This document shows, one piece after another, positions 10,532 to 20,808 of a stretch of DNA of 64,000 bases. The first letter of the stretch is position 1, and every line of letters begins with the position of its first letter. This stretch comes from an uncultured archaeon (GTDB lineage Archaea > EX4484-52 > JAADEF01). A program made the position numbers and the translations under genes. The notes beneath the pieces are model-generated. The model did no database searches. It saw only the letters and a list, made by a program, of their open reading frames with translations, and was not told where the DNA came from. Where the stretch lies: assembly GCA_964407715.1 (NCBI GenBank), contig CAYOWP010000003.1, positions 15,732 through 79,731 of the forward strand. Reading direction: 5' to 3'.

Positions 10532-11206
10532 TTACATAAGAATATTCCTTAAAATTTCATCAACCTCCTTATCTGTTAATCTTCTATATCCATCTTTATT
10601 CATAACAACCACATCAATGCCTTTTCCTCCACTAGCAGTATCACGTTCTGCTGCTGCTTTTATGCTTCTTATCGCAAGCTCTATTGCCTCACTCTCTTTG
10701 AGATCTTTTCTATAGCCATTCTCCAATACTCCTACAGCTATAACGCTCCCTGATCCAGAAAATGTATATTCAGATGCCTCATCAATCCCACCAGCAGCAT
10801 CTATGCTATATAGATGAGGTTTTGAATCATACCCTCCAACAATAAGCTGCACTAATTCAGGATGAAAGCTCTTATAAGAGGCTCTCAAGATATTAGCAAG
10901 CAAAACAACAGCTGCTTTAACAGGTACATATCCATGCTCATATTTGTACAACTCCAACTCAGCCCTTAATAATCTAATCATTGCCTGAGCATCACCCACA
11001 CTACCTGCAATTGTCATACAAATAGAATCAATGATATGATGTATCTTATTTGCTTCCTTTGATGCCACTAAATGTCCCATTGTAGCCTTTTTATCTGCTG
11101 CCAAAACAACACCATCCTTATACAATATCCCAACTGTGGTTGTACCTGTCTTTAAGATGTTCATATCTTTATTCTCTGAAATAATGATCACCTTATCATC
11201 CAACAA
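10532..11206 (-). CDS. psmB: Proteasome beta subunit
   Basis: Propeptide followed by TTTVGILYKDGVVLAADKKATMG (Ntn-hydrolase threonine). Confidence 0.9.
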   Translation of the reverse strand: MLDDKVIIISENKDMNILKTGTTTVGILYKDGVVLAADKKATMGHLVASKEANKIHHIIDSICMTIAGSVGDAQAMIRLLRAELELYKYEHGYVPVKAAVVLLANILRASYKSFHPELVQLIVGGYDSKPHLYSIDAAGGIDEASEYTFSGSGSVIAVGVLENGYRKDLKESEAIELAIRSIKAAAERDTASGGKGIDVVVMNKDGYRRLTDKEVDEILRNILM

Positions 11207-11507
11207 GTTTTATCTCAACATTAACATTATGAGGTATATCTATTCTCATTATATGTTTTAGAGTCCTCTCATCCACCGCGATATCCAACACTCTTTTATG
11301 TATCCTCATCTCCCATCTATCCCATGTCTCAGTTCCATCTCCTGAAACAGCCTTTCTAACAACCACTCTCAAACGTTTTGTAGGTAGTGGAATGGGTCCC
11401 GAAACCTTAGTACCATGTGACAAAGCAATCTCTTTTATCTCCATAGCAATCTTATCCAAAAGTTTATGATCAGTAGAAGTTAATTTAATCCTTGCAACTT
11501 GCATCAA
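11196..11507 (-). CDS. rps10: 30S ribosomal protein S10
   Basis: IRIKLTS...LPTKRLRVVVRK pattern; directly downstream of tuf. Confidence 0.9.
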   Translation of the reverse strand: MMQVARIKLTSTDHKLLDKIAMEIKEIALSHGTKVSGPIPLPTKRLRVVVRKAVSGDGTETWDRWEMRIHKRVLDIAVDERTLKHIMRIDIPHNVNVEIKLVG

Positions 11508-11554
11508 ATATCACCATAAATATAAAATAATAAAGGAAATAAAAATTCAAAATC

Positions 11555-12829
11555 TTACTTATTTGCAGGTACAAGATCCAATACAACTCCAGCAGCAATT
11601 GTCATACCCATATCCCTAATAGCAAACCTCGCCAATTGTGGGAAATCGCTTTGCTTTTCTAAAACAATTGGCTTTATAGGTACCAATTTAACAACAGCAG
11701 CATCTCCAGGTTTAATAAAGTCTGGATTCTCTTCAACTGCTGCACCGGTTTTTGGATCAATCTTCTTTAATATCTCCTCAAATCTACATGCTACATGAGC
11801 TGTGTGGGCATGAACCACAGGAGTGTAGCCTTTTGTTATAACAGATGGATGTTGTAATACAATTATTTGCGCAGTAAATTCCTTAACAACTGTTGGAGGA
11901 TTATCTGGCTTACCAATAACATCTCCTCTATCAACATCATCCTTGGTGATTCCTCTTATGTTCACTCCTATGTTATCTCCTGCCTTTGCTTCTTTTAGTG
12001 GCTCATGGTGCATCTCAATACTTTTGACCTCTCCTTCTTTATGTGGAGGTTCTATAATTACTTTATCTCCTGGTCTTAGAATTCCTGTCTCCACTCTCCC
12101 AACAACAACAGTACCTACCCCCTTTATGTTATATACATCCTGAATAGGCATTCTGAAAGGCTTATCAATAGGCAACTCTGGAGGCTCTATCATGTCAAGA
12201 GCCTCTATCACTGTTGGCCCAGTATACCATGGCATATTTTGTGATTTGTTTACCACATTATCTCCATACCATGCAGATATAGGAATAAATAGCATCTTCG
12301 AAACATCATACCCTACTGTCCTAAGTAAATTTTCCAAATTCTTTTTAACCTCTTCATATTTCTTTTGATCCCAATTAACCTCATCCATTTTATTTATCAC
12401 AACAATCATATTTTTAATTCCCATCGTTCTTGCTAAGAACACATGTTCCTTTGTTTGTGGCATTATTCCCTCTTTTGCACCAACTACAAGAATAGCAACA
12501 TCAGCTTGTGAAGCACCAGTTATCATGTTCTTAACGAAATCTCTGTGTCCAGGAGCATCAATAATTGTATAATAATACTTGGAAGTATCAAATCTTTGAT
12601 GCATAATGTCTATAGTAACTCCTCTTTCCCTTTCTTCCTTCATTCTATCCATCAGAAATGCAAATTTAAAACTCTCTTTCTTCAACTCCTTTGCTTTTTC
12701 CTCTATCTTTCTCATTTCCTGTTCAGGAATATTACCAGTGTCCCATAACAACCTTCCAACTAATGTTGACTTTCCATGATCCACGTGCCCTATTGTCACC
12801 AAGTTTATATGTGGTTTCTCTGCTGCCAT
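11555..12829 (-). CDS. tuf: Translation elongation factor 1-alpha
   Basis: [15 protein letters not shown] and DAPGHRDF with NKMD motifs; 424 aa. Confidence 0.95.
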   Translation of the reverse strand: MAAEKPHINLVTIGHVDHGKSTLVGRLLWDTGNIPEQEMRKIEEKAKELKKESFKFAFLMDRMKEERERGVTIDIMHQRFDTSKYYYTIIDAPGHRDFVKNMITGASQADVAILVVGAKEGIMPQTKEHVFLARTMGIKNMIVVINKMDEVNWDQKKYEEVKKNLENLLRTVGYDVSKMLFIPISAWYGDNVVNKSQNMPWYTGPTVIEALDMIEPPELPIDKPFRMPIQDVYNIKGVGTVVVGRVETGILRPGDKVIIEPPHKEGEVKSIEMHHEPLKEAKAGDNIGVNIRGITKDDVDRGDVIGKPDNPPTVVKEFTAQIIVLQHPSVITKGYTPVVHAHTAHVACRFEEILKKIDPKTGAAVEENPDFIKPGDAAVVKLVPIKPIVLEKQSDFPQLARFAIRDMGMTIAAGVVLDLVPANK

Positions 12830-12916
12830 GTTTATTCACCTCTCTTGGAAATAATTAATGTACGGATATAAACATAATAAATAATAAAATTTTAAAAAAG
12901 TAACGGTAAATAAAGG

Positions 12917-13192
12917 TCAATCTATTTTAATTCTCTTTCCTATCTCTATTCCTAAAGATTTAAAACTTTCAATTATTTTTTTGTTATCATTTAAAGCATT
13001 CTCAGGAATCTTCTTTTCTGGGATAGGAATAACATGTTTGATATTTGTTTTTTTGTTTTTGATGATTTTTTCATTTAGAGGAATGCCTATTATTAAAAAT
13101 TTATCATCTATCTTTTCTTTAACAAAACCATAATATCCAGCAAATCTCCCATTTAACTTCACAACCACTTGCCCAATATCCATAAATCTCAC
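12917..13192 (-). CDS. rpl14e: 50S ribosomal protein L14e (KOW domain)
   Basis: GQVVVKLNGRFAG KOW motif; about 90 aa; conserved position after L34e. Confidence 0.75.
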   Translation of the reverse strand: MRFMDIGQVVVKLNGRFAGYYGFVKEKIDDKFLIIGIPLNEKIIKNKKTNIKHVIPIPEKKIPENALNDNKKIIESFKSLGIEIGKRIKID

Positions 13193-13197
13193 CTTTT

Positions 13198-13473
13198 TTA
13201 TTCAATCAACTTTGCAATGGCATTTATAATTCTCCTCTTTAATCCTCTTGGAGATAAAACTCCTCCATAATATCTTGTTGGTCTTTTCTCAGTCTTCGAA
13301 TAATTTCTCAAATCTCTTTTTCTTCCATATAGTGTGCCATTTAATATCTCACCTGTCTCTGGGCAATGCATCTTAGATGTCTTTGATTTTCTAAATATTA
13401 TCCCAACAACCCCAGAAGGCAATCTTCTTTTCTTAATACGCCACTTATTTGTCCTTAAATGCCTCTTTACCAT
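13198..13473 (-). CDS. rpl34e: 50S ribosomal protein L34e
   Basis: Pattern ...GG...RKSK...C..(C/T)G..L.G...GR...LR...KT.KRP.R.YGG.L matches L34e; conserved position downstream of secY. Confidence 0.8.
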   Translation of the reverse strand: MVKRHLRTNKWRIKKRRLPSGVVGIIFRKSKTSKMHCPETGEILNGTLYGRKRDLRNYSKTEKRPTRYYGGVLSPRGLKRRIINAIAKLIE

Positions 13474-13508
13474 TCCAAATCACCACATGATAATTTATTT
13501 TTAATGAA

Positions 13509-13955
13509 TTAATACTCCAATTTTAAAAGTTTTTTTATAAGAAAAGAAAACAATATTGAGTAAAATATATACAACCATATCCACGAGATATCGCTTCCAA
13601 CAAACAGCATCTTAAAAGGCAATGCAAAATGCACATCTCCTATAACCTTTTTAAGATAATAATATAGTGGTAGCAAAAACAAAAGGTTGATCATCATGGT
13701 TTTAAATGTCAATCTGAACTGTTCATTAAGCAAAGAATATTGCTCATTCAAAAGGTCTTTGTATTTCTCAGGATCCTTCTGAAAGTCTTTATGCTTCATT
13801 TTTTCTCTCAATTTCTCCATTCTCTCTTTTAAATTTTTCATCTTATGATGATCCAAAGTAAACTTCATAACCAAATTGCTAAATAATGAAACTAAAAAAG
13901 CAATCACGGTTAATGTAACTATAGGGGAATAAATCATGTAAAACATTTGCATCAC
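13509..13955 (-). CDS. DUF106 / archaeal YidC-Oxa1-like membrane protein
   Basis: TM helix, Lys/Glu-rich coiled hairpin, two further TM helices; conserved position downstream of secY. Confidence 0.55.
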   Translation of the reverse strand: MMQMFYMIYSPIVTLTVIAFLVSLFSNLVMKFTLDHHKMKNLKERMEKLREKMKHKDFQKDPEKYKDLLNEQYSLLNEQFRLTFKTMMINLLFLLPLYYYLKKVIGDVHFALPFKMLFVGSDISWIWLYIFYSILFSFLIKKLLKLEY

Positions 13956-13956
13956 C

Positions 13957-15375
13957 TCACTTTATAAATCTCCTCAATAGGGAAGGCATTTCCTCTATGT
14001 TGTATTGCACTATAAGCTCATACATATTGTGAGCAATCATAACCGCTAACAATAATCCAGTACCGCTTGTTAAAGCTCCAAGGAGATCAGCAAACGCAGC
14101 AAGTAATCCTACAAAGCCACCACCAAGAACTGTTAAAGGAGGAATATATCTCTCCAAAACCTTTTCCATCACCCTTGGATCACGTCTAAATCCTGGAATT
14201 TGCATTCCTGCATTTACAATTTGATTCGCAACACTTCTAGCATCCATTCCAGATGTATTAACCCAAAATACAGCAAAGATAACACTAAAGATTATCATAT
14301 ACAAAGTATAAGACAGTGCTCTCAAGGCTTCTGTCATGGATATGTTGGAAGTGAATACATCAATGATAAATGTTCTTGGAGGTGTTAAATAATAGACAAC
14401 TCCTCCTATAGGTTGGCCGTTAGCAGAGAATGATCCAAGCAAAGAGATTCCACGATTATACAACATTTGACCCCACAATTGAAGATTTATAAGAAGCGCA
14501 GACGCCAAGATTACAGGCATATTGCTCGTGTAGATAAACTTTAATGGCCATTTTCTACCAAAACCACGAAAACTTGACAATACCAAGGGAATCTCAACCC
14601 TCAATGATTGTGCATATACTACAGAGATAAAAATAATAAGAGTTGTTAAAAGAGGAATTATATATGCTGATATAAACACAGATATATTCTCAATACCATT
14701 AACAATGCTATATATTATTTGAGGAATAACTCCAACAAATCCTTCTCCCACTCTTGTAAAACTAAAAGATCTTATAAATAATCCTTTAGATACTCCTGCC
14801 AAAATAAATAAAGATACTCCAGAGCCAATACCCCACTTTGATATGAGATCATCCAAGTAAATAATTATAATACTTCCCAATGCAACCTGAAAGATAATGA
14901 ATAAGCTCCATTCTAAGGTTGGAATCTCAGGTTTTAATGCACCAAAAACCACCATGGAAGTGCTCTCTAAAAAGGAAAATATTATAGCCAAAAGTTTCTG
15001 CATACCTTGAAACCATGCTCTTCCTTCGAATGTATTGAGATCAACCTTAATTAATCCAGAACCAACGAGAAGCTGCATGATAATACTTGCCGTAACTATA
15101 GGTCCAATACCTAACATGGCAAAAGTGCCCATTGCAGCACCAAAAATTATAGAAATCTGCTCAAAATATGCAAGAGATTCTGATGATACACCAATGAGAG
15201 GTAAATTGGACAACATAAAGTATATGATCAGAGAAATCAAAGTCCAAACAAGACGCTCCTTAAATATTACCTGCCTTTCTGGATATCTTATTGTCGGAAT
15301 ATAATTCAATATCTCACTAAACATCATCCCCATATATGAACCCTCTTTTCTTATAATCATCAAGAAAAGGATCAA
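13957..15375 (-). CDS. secY: Preprotein translocase subunit SecY
   Basis: 472-aa polytopic protein following rpl15 with a 4-bp overlap. Confidence 0.9.
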   Translation of the reverse strand: MILFLMIIRKEGSYMGMMFSEILNYIPTIRYPERQVIFKERLVWTLISLIIYFMLSNLPLIGVSSESLAYFEQISIIFGAAMGTFAMLGIGPIVTASIIMQLLVGSGLIKVDLNTFEGRAWFQGMQKLLAIIFSFLESTSMVVFGALKPEIPTLEWSLFIIFQVALGSIIIIYLDDLISKWGIGSGVSLFILAGVSKGLFIRSFSFTRVGEGFVGVIPQIIYSIVNGIENISVFISAYIIPLLTTLIIFISVVYAQSLRVEIPLVLSSFRGFGRKWPLKFIYTSNMPVILASALLINLQLWGQMLYNRGISLLGSFSANGQPIGGVVYYLTPPRTFIIDVFTSNISMTEALRALSYTLYMIIFSVIFAVFWVNTSGMDARSVANQIVNAGMQIPGFRRDPRVMEKVLERYIPPLTVLGGGFVGLLAAFADLLGALTSGTGLLLAVMIAHNMYELIVQYNIEEMPSLLRRFIK

Positions 15376-15863
15376 GATTCCGCAATAGCATTTCCTTTAA
15401 CATTTACATTTATACCATTATTTTCAAGATATTCCTTTGCCTTATCTGTGATATTATAAACAGATATCTCTATCTTATATCCTTTGTATTCGCTATTTAT
15501 TCCTTCAAATGATTTCTGATATATTATTTTCACATCTTTATCAAAGGATAAAGCAATCACCTTGTTTTTATCATCAATAGAGCCATCATAAAGATGAACA
15601 ATATCTCCTAACTTTTCCAAGAGGATTCTCGTAGTGATGACATCCTTCTTTTTATATTTTGCAAGAGGTGTTTTAAACCCTCTTTTTCCAATCATATATC
15701 CCTTAAGCATTAAACCAATCTTTTTATGCTGTCCTTTTTTACCTGATCCTGCCAAACCCTTTCCTCCTCTACTTCCCTTGCCTCTATGTTTCTTTGAACT
15801 TCCATATCCATATGTCCTTGATCCTCTTCTCTTTATAACTTTTTTCCTAAATCTTACAACCAT
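15372..15863 (-). CDS. rpl15: 50S ribosomal protein L15
   Basis: Gly/Lys-rich GKGSRGGKGLAGSGKKGQHKK motif. Confidence 0.9.
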   Translation of the reverse strand: MVVRFRKKVIKRRGSRTYGYGSSKKHRGKGSRGGKGLAGSGKKGQHKKIGLMLKGYMIGKRGFKTPLAKYKKKDVITTRILLEKLGDIVHLYDGSIDDKNKVIALSFDKDVKIIYQKSFEGINSEYKGYKIEISVYNITDKAKEYLENNGINVNVKGNAIAES

Positions 15864-16240
15864 TATAAATCACCATGTTGTCTCCTCGGAAACATTCTCT
15901 CAATTAATGATTCTATGTCCCTTCCCATATATCCCAATGCACCGCCTTGGGCATAGGTGTATTTAATTCCTCTTCTCCCCCATCCTTTTCTTGGAGGTTG
16001 AAGACGATATAAATTTTCATCTTCCTTAGTAGCGTATTTCTCTATGGTTTCTATGAATTTATCGCTAACCTCTCCCCATGTAACATAATCTTTTACCTTT
16101 TTAATCATACCTCTTATCACAGGATCATCTTTATATATCACTAAATGATTAGGTTTGGTTAACTTTAATCTCCTTAAAGTGTTCTCTATATCTTCTCTAA
16201 CCCCAACCCTGCCTCTAACCCTTATTATAGCAATTTTCAT
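15863..16240 (-). CDS. rpl30: 50S ribosomal protein L30. The likely true start is Met25 (MKIAIIRVRG); the ORF as listed extends to 16312
   Basis: MKIAIIRVRGRVGV is the conserved L30 N-terminus. The longer ORF would overlap rps5 by 23 bp. Confidence 0.85.
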   Translation of the reverse strand: MKIAIIRVRGRVGVREDIENTLRRLKLTKPNHLVIYKDDPVIRGMIKKVKDYVTWGEVSDKFIETIEKYATKEDENLYRLQPPRKGWGRRGIKYTYAQGGALGYMGRDIESLIERMFPRRQHGDL

Positions 16241-16289
16241 ATTTGTGGTCTGCTTATTTTTAAGATTTTCCATATTTAACTCCCTCATA

Positions 16290-17036
16290 TTATTTTGATA
16301 AACCCTCAACAATACCTAAATCCTTCTTAACATCCTCTGGCACTCTTATTTTTGCAAGATTTTTCAAAGCATTAAAAACAGCATAAATATGATTTATTCT
16401 TGTACGTGTCTGCCCAAACGATTGCATCCACACATCCTTAATGCCTGCTAAAGATAGAACTTTCTTAACCTCTGAAGATGCCACTAATCCAAGACCTCTT
16501 GGACCAGGAATTAGCTTTACTCTCACGGATCCTGCTTTACCCTCAACCTTAAAAGGAATTGTATGATTCCCATGACAATGACATTCCCAAGAACCACAGC
16601 CACGTATAATGGGTGTGATATTTAACCTTGCCTTTTTTGCTGCTTTTATTATTGTTTCTCTTGCATCCTTTCCCTTTGCATATCCTATCCCTAAATATCC
16701 ATCCTCATTTCCTACTACAACCATTGCATGCAAACTTCTTTTTCTTCCAGATTTGTGCATTCTCACAGTGGATCTTATAGGAATTCTCTTAATACCTCCT
16801 CCTTTTCCAGAGCTACCTCCAATAAGTATAATTTCCTCTTTTAAATCTGGTAAAAGAATATCAACAATCTCTGGCTCACGGATTATATATCCCTTCTTGA
16901 AAACCTCCTCTATATTTGTTATCTCTCCATTATACACTTTCCTACCTAATTCTGTCTTTGGAACCCATGTCTTCAATATCCTCTCAACCTTATTAACTTC
17001 TATTTGAGGTACATCATTTTCTGTCAATCCAATCAC
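16290..17036 (-). CDS. rps5: 30S ribosomal protein S5
   Basis: GGIKRIPIRSTVRM...VVVGN motifs. Confidence 0.9.
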   Translation of the reverse strand: MIGLTENDVPQIEVNKVERILKTWVPKTELGRKVYNGEITNIEEVFKKGYIIREPEIVDILLPDLKEEIILIGGSSGKGGGIKRIPIRSTVRMHKSGRKRSLHAMVVVGNEDGYLGIGYAKGKDARETIIKAAKKARLNITPIIRGCGSWECHCHGNHTIPFKVEGKAGSVRVKLIPGPRGLGLVASSEVKKVLSLAGIKDVWMQSFGQTRTRINHIYAVFNALKNLAKIRVPEDVKKDLGIVEGLSK

Positions 17037-17585
17037 CTATTTCTTTTTACTCTTGCTCTTTTTAAAAGATTCTTCTATTTTTTTCTTTATCTCCTCAAAT
17101 CTTTTTGATATCTCCTTATTCAAATACTTCTCTATATGTGTTCCTTTTAATCTCTCCTCATCAGGTAAAATACTTGGATCATGGGGTATATATACTCCAG
17201 CATCAAGTACTCCTTTGACCAAGGCATATATTCTACCTTTTCTATGAGGCTTTCTTAATCCAACATCCAAAATAACCTCCTCAATACCCTTCTCCTTTGC
17301 CAAGTGTCCAAGAACATATCCTGTAAGATACGCAGATGGCAAATTCTTAACATTATACTCCCATCCATATTTCCTTCTTAAAGATGAGGAATTAAACTGG
17401 GCCTCTGTAATATCTCCTTCAGGATGATATCTTACAATCTGCGCTATAAACTGTGTATTTGTTATTCTCACCACTAACCTCGGTTTATTCGACATCAAAT
17501 ATGCCAACCTCTTCCTATAGTTTGTCTTTCCTTCCCTTCTTCTCCTAAATGCTAAAATATAACCTGCATGTGCCATACCAATCAC
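17037..17585 (-). CDS. rpl18: 50S ribosomal protein L18 (L5e family)
   Basis: AGYILAFRRRREGKTNYRKRL... N-terminus. Confidence 0.9.
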   Translation of the reverse strand: MIGMAHAGYILAFRRRREGKTNYRKRLAYLMSNKPRLVVRITNTQFIAQIVRYHPEGDITEAQFNSSSLRRKYGWEYNVKNLPSAYLTGYVLGHLAKEKGIEEVILDVGLRKPHRKGRIYALVKGVLDAGVYIPHDPSILPDEERLKGTHIEKYLNKEISKRFEEIKKKIEESFKKSKSKKK

Positions 17586-17685
17586 CCCTCATGTTATGAT
17601 ATCTTTTAGATGCTTCTTAACAATACACAACATACATATAAAAAGTAGAAAATTTTTTAAATTTAACGGTCATTTTTCCTTTAAA

Positions 17686-17944
17686 GGCATTGTCCAATAA
17701 TTCTTTATTGTTAAGCGGAAACATAACCTCTCAAAGAAGCGTATGAGAGCAGTTAACCCTTTGAATAGGGCTATGCTTCCCGTTAACAAATTGTCCAACA
17801 ATTTTTTAATGAGGATTTGTTAACGAAAAAATTCGTTCTTATCATTGCATTAGCTCTCTAAGGTTTGCTGCTCTGATGCGCTTCTTTAAAAGGCTATTTT
17901 TCCGCTTAACAAATTTTGTTAATAGGGAATTATTGGACAATGCC
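17686..17944. mobile_element. Family A MITE, full composite (about 259 bp: two half-elements head to tail), TIRs GGCATTGTCCAATAATT / AATTATTGGACAATGCC
   Basis: Terminal inverted repeats can be read directly. The internal junction aaattgtccaacaattttttaatgagga repeats the TIR. Flanked by cctttaaa / ctttaaaa. Confidence 0.75.
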
Positions 17945-17990
17945 GACTTTAAAATACAGCAAATCTCGTAAGAGCTAAAGTTCCTTAAAA

Positions 17991-18063
17991 GCGAGGGGCG
18001 GGATTTGAACCCGCGTAAATGGGGTCTGCAGCCCCACGCCAAACCGGGCTAGGCGACCCTCGC
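17991..18063 (-). tRNA. tRNA-Cys (anticodon GCA)
   Basis: Reverse complement reads GCGAGGG U CGCC...GGCG U GGGG CUGCAGA CCCC...GCGGG UUCAAAU CCCGC CCCUCGC. Cloverleaf with a 7-bp acceptor stem and anticodon loop CUGCAGA. Confidence 0.85.
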
Positions 18064-18120
18064 ATCCTCCATATCTCTATAGAGATAAAGGATAGAACAA
18101 AATTTTAAAAATTTTTAATC

Positions 18121-18215
18121 GATTTGTTAACAAAAAATTTGGTTAACGAAAAAGATCACTATTATCAAAGATTTTGCAGCATGCTAACCCCTCTTAAAGG
18201 TTATTTCCATTGACG
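18121..18215. repeat. Family B module fragment
   Basis: tggttaacgaaaaag...ttttgcagcatgctaacc. Confidence 0.5.
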
Positions 18216-18304
18216 ATATTTATTTTAAAATAAAGAAATTTTTAAAATTTTTAAATCTAAAAATTACTATGAGATGTTCAAAATTATTATAAGGTGGTCC
18301 TAAT

Positions 18305-19042
18305 ATGAGAATCTTAGAGGAAAAATCAGCAAAGGATAAGGAATTAGTGATCAGTTTAGGTGGAAGTGTAATAACAAAAGATAACTATAGCAATGTGGAC
18401 AAAATCCTTTCCCAATTACTAACCTTATCACGAAAATATCATCTGTTTGTGGTTACTGGCGGTGGTACATTGGCAAGAAATTTGATAGAAATCGTCAAAA
18501 ATAAAAATAATATGTCATATAAAAAATACTACACACCCAAAAAAATAGAATCCATGAAGGAATATATATTGGATGAGATAGGAATCGCAGCCACTCATTT
18601 ACATGCAAAATTGTTTGCTGCGCTTTTAGGGTATAAAAAATATCCTGTACCACCTCAAATAAAAAATGCCATTAATTTAAGGAATCATTACAGAATTGTT
18701 TTTATGGGAGGCACATTACCAGGAAGATCAACTGACACAGTTGCTGCAGAATTAGCAGCAAAAGTAAAAGCAGAATGCTTAATCAATGTAAGTGATATAA
18801 AAGGAGTATACGATAAGGATCCTGACAAGCATAAAGATGCAAAGCTTTTAAGGAAAATATCATATGAAGAATTATGGAAAATTATAAAACATTATCCTCA
18901 ATCACCAGGTGAATATAAGCTCTTTGATCACAAAGCATTAGAAATCGTTAAAAAACATAGAATACCTGTCAAGTTCGTTCATTTTGAAGATATCTCAAAC
19001 TTTGATGATGATAATATAGGGACATTGGTTTGTAATAGCTAA
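18305..19042 (+). CDS. pyrH: Uridylate (UMP) kinase, archaeal type (amino-acid kinase fold)
   Basis: VVTGGGTLARNLIEIV and GGTLPGRSTDTVAAELAA match the archaeal PyrH motifs VVVGGGKLAR / GGTHPGHTTDAVAA. Confidence 0.8.
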   Translation: MRILEEKSAKDKELVISLGGSVITKDNYSNVDKILSQLLTLSRKYHLFVVTGGGTLARNLIEIVKNKNNMSYKKYYTPKKIESMKEYILDEIGIAATHLHAKLFAALLGYKKYPVPPQIKNAINLRNHYRIVFMGGTLPGRSTDTVAAELAAKVKAECLINVSDIKGVYDKDPDKHKDAKLLRKISYEELWKIIKHYPQSPGEYKLFDHKALEIVKKHRIPVKFVHFEDISNFDDDNIGTLVCNS

Positions 19043-20793
19043 TGAGTTGAAAGTCCTACATCAACATTAAGTTGTTTACAGATAATTTGAAGATTGATTA
19101 TAGCAGGTATTTTTTTCACATCTAAATCTCCCCAATCCATCTTTGCCTCATCAACAACATCTTCAAATTCAATTTTCACTCCTGTCATTACATACCCTGG
19201 AGGACATTGAAGTGTATTTACTGCTTCATCTTCTATCCTATAGGGTGATATTATTCTATTATCAGTAAGCTCAACTTGCTTAGAAATGGCAATTTCTTTA
19301 CATTCAAATTTACCATCTTTATAAACCAAAACCTCTCCATCAGAGCAGGAAGGTTTACGGATGAAATTATATTCTACCCAATCCTTAGATGCCATACCTT
19401 CCATTTTTAATTTCTCTATTAGATTACCATGGCTTATAAGTCGTGAAGATAGACCAGCATAACTATAGCATTCATATCCATCAGATGTTTTTACCACTAC
19501 TCCATCACTTCCACAATTAATTCCTTTATCAATGATTTCTTTTTTGCTTACACATTCAAATTCATTTGAGTTCACATCATAAACCAAAACATCTCCATCT
19601 GAGCAGGATGTTTTTACTACAACTACTCCATTATCTTTTAAACGATGTAATAAATTGGAATATGTCTCACATGAAATATCCGCATTCTCATTAAAGCCTT
19701 TCATAATACCATTATAGCACTTCTTATTCTTAAGTTTCTCCACAATCTTATCTCTCACCATATCATCAAAATATTTGCACTCTACTATCAAATTACCACT
19801 ACTATCTCTTCTAAGTAGCAAAACATTATTCTCATTGCTTTCACACATAGAAACTTGAATAAACCCCTTTTCTTTTAAGTAGTCCTCTATCTCATTCTTA
19901 ACATATGGTGTAAGACCCTCAAGCACTATGCTTTCCTTATCATCAAGCTCAGACAAAATTGCTTGGATTTTATCCCATAACAATGTATTCGAACTCTTTA
20001 AATCATTAATATCTAATATAGCATAAGTTAATGATTCATTAACTCTATCTAATGTTGAAATTACATCTTTTGCTTTAATCCCATTAACATAAAAAGTATC
20101 GTTAGCATATGAAGAAAAGGAGGCATAGCCAACCTTTAAGTTATCATATGTGATAGAGGGATCTATTATAGGAATGTCTGAAATATTTGATCCTATCATA
20201 TGCCCATTTAATGAAACTGCATCTATTCCAAGAGAGCAAATTCCATTTATACAATAGTTCTTTAGATTAATCAAGTTTAAAAGATCCTCTTTATTAATTC
20301 CAATCAAATTATATGCATAATATGAGGAATTGACATTCAATAGATTCTCCATTAGACTTATTTGCTCTTCTACAATGGATCTTACAGCATCCTCATCTAA
20401 AGAATTTGTATTTTGAGGTAATATATCGCTCCAAGAAGATATGCATTCCCCATTTAAACATAATTTTTTAAAGTTTGACTTATAGCTTGGGTCAATATAA
20501 TAAGAAGGATTATCAAGATCCACAATCTTTCCAACACCATAATAAAGAAATAATACTCCTTTTAAGGTTCCTCCGTTTATTTTAAGGAAATCATTAGCAT
20601 TATACCCTCCTAATTTTTCTGCATTATCTACTATACCATTCCTGTTCTCATCAATTGAGACATCAGATTCGCTGTTGATTGCTATTTGTTGAAGAGGCAA
20701 CCAGTTTTGTGTTTTATCAACAAGAGCATATGCAAAAGAGAAAGTAAATAAACCAAACAACATAATCATAACCACATATCTTTCTGTTCTCAT
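19039..20793 (-). CDS. Secreted protein with three C-terminal Cys-containing repeats (C-SDG-x-VLVY...FEC)
   Basis: Signal peptide MRTERYVVMIMLFGLFTFSFAYA; internal repeats CSDGDVLVYDVNSNEFEC / CGSDGVVVKTSDGYEC / CSDGEVLVYKDGKFEC. Confidence 0.65.
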   Translation of the reverse strand: MRTERYVVMIMLFGLFTFSFAYALVDKTQNWLPLQQIAINSESDVSIDENRNGIVDNAEKLGGYNANDFLKINGGTLKGVLFLYYGVGKIVDLDNPSYYIDPSYKSNFKKLCLNGECISSWSDILPQNTNSLDEDAVRSIVEEQISLMENLLNVNSSYYAYNLIGINKEDLLNLINLKNYCINGICSLGIDAVSLNGHMIGSNISDIPIIDPSITYDNLKVGYASFSSYANDTFYVNGIKAKDVISTLDRVNESLTYAILDINDLKSSNTLLWDKIQAILSELDDKESIVLEGLTPYVKNEIEDYLKEKGFIQVSMCESNENNVLLLRRDSSGNLIVECKYFDDMVRDKIVEKLKNKKCYNGIMKGFNENADISCETYSNLLHRLKDNGVVVVKTSCSDGDVLVYDVNSNEFECVSKKEIIDKGINCGSDGVVVKTSDGYECYSYAGLSSRLISHGNLIEKLKMEGMASKDWVEYNFIRKPSCSDGEVLVYKDGKFECKEIAISKQVELTDNRIISPYRIEDEAVNTLQCPPGYVMTGVKIEFEDVVDEAKMDWGDLDVKKIPAIINLQIICKQLNVDVGLSTH

Positions 20794-20808
20794 TTATCTT
20801 ACCTCCTT

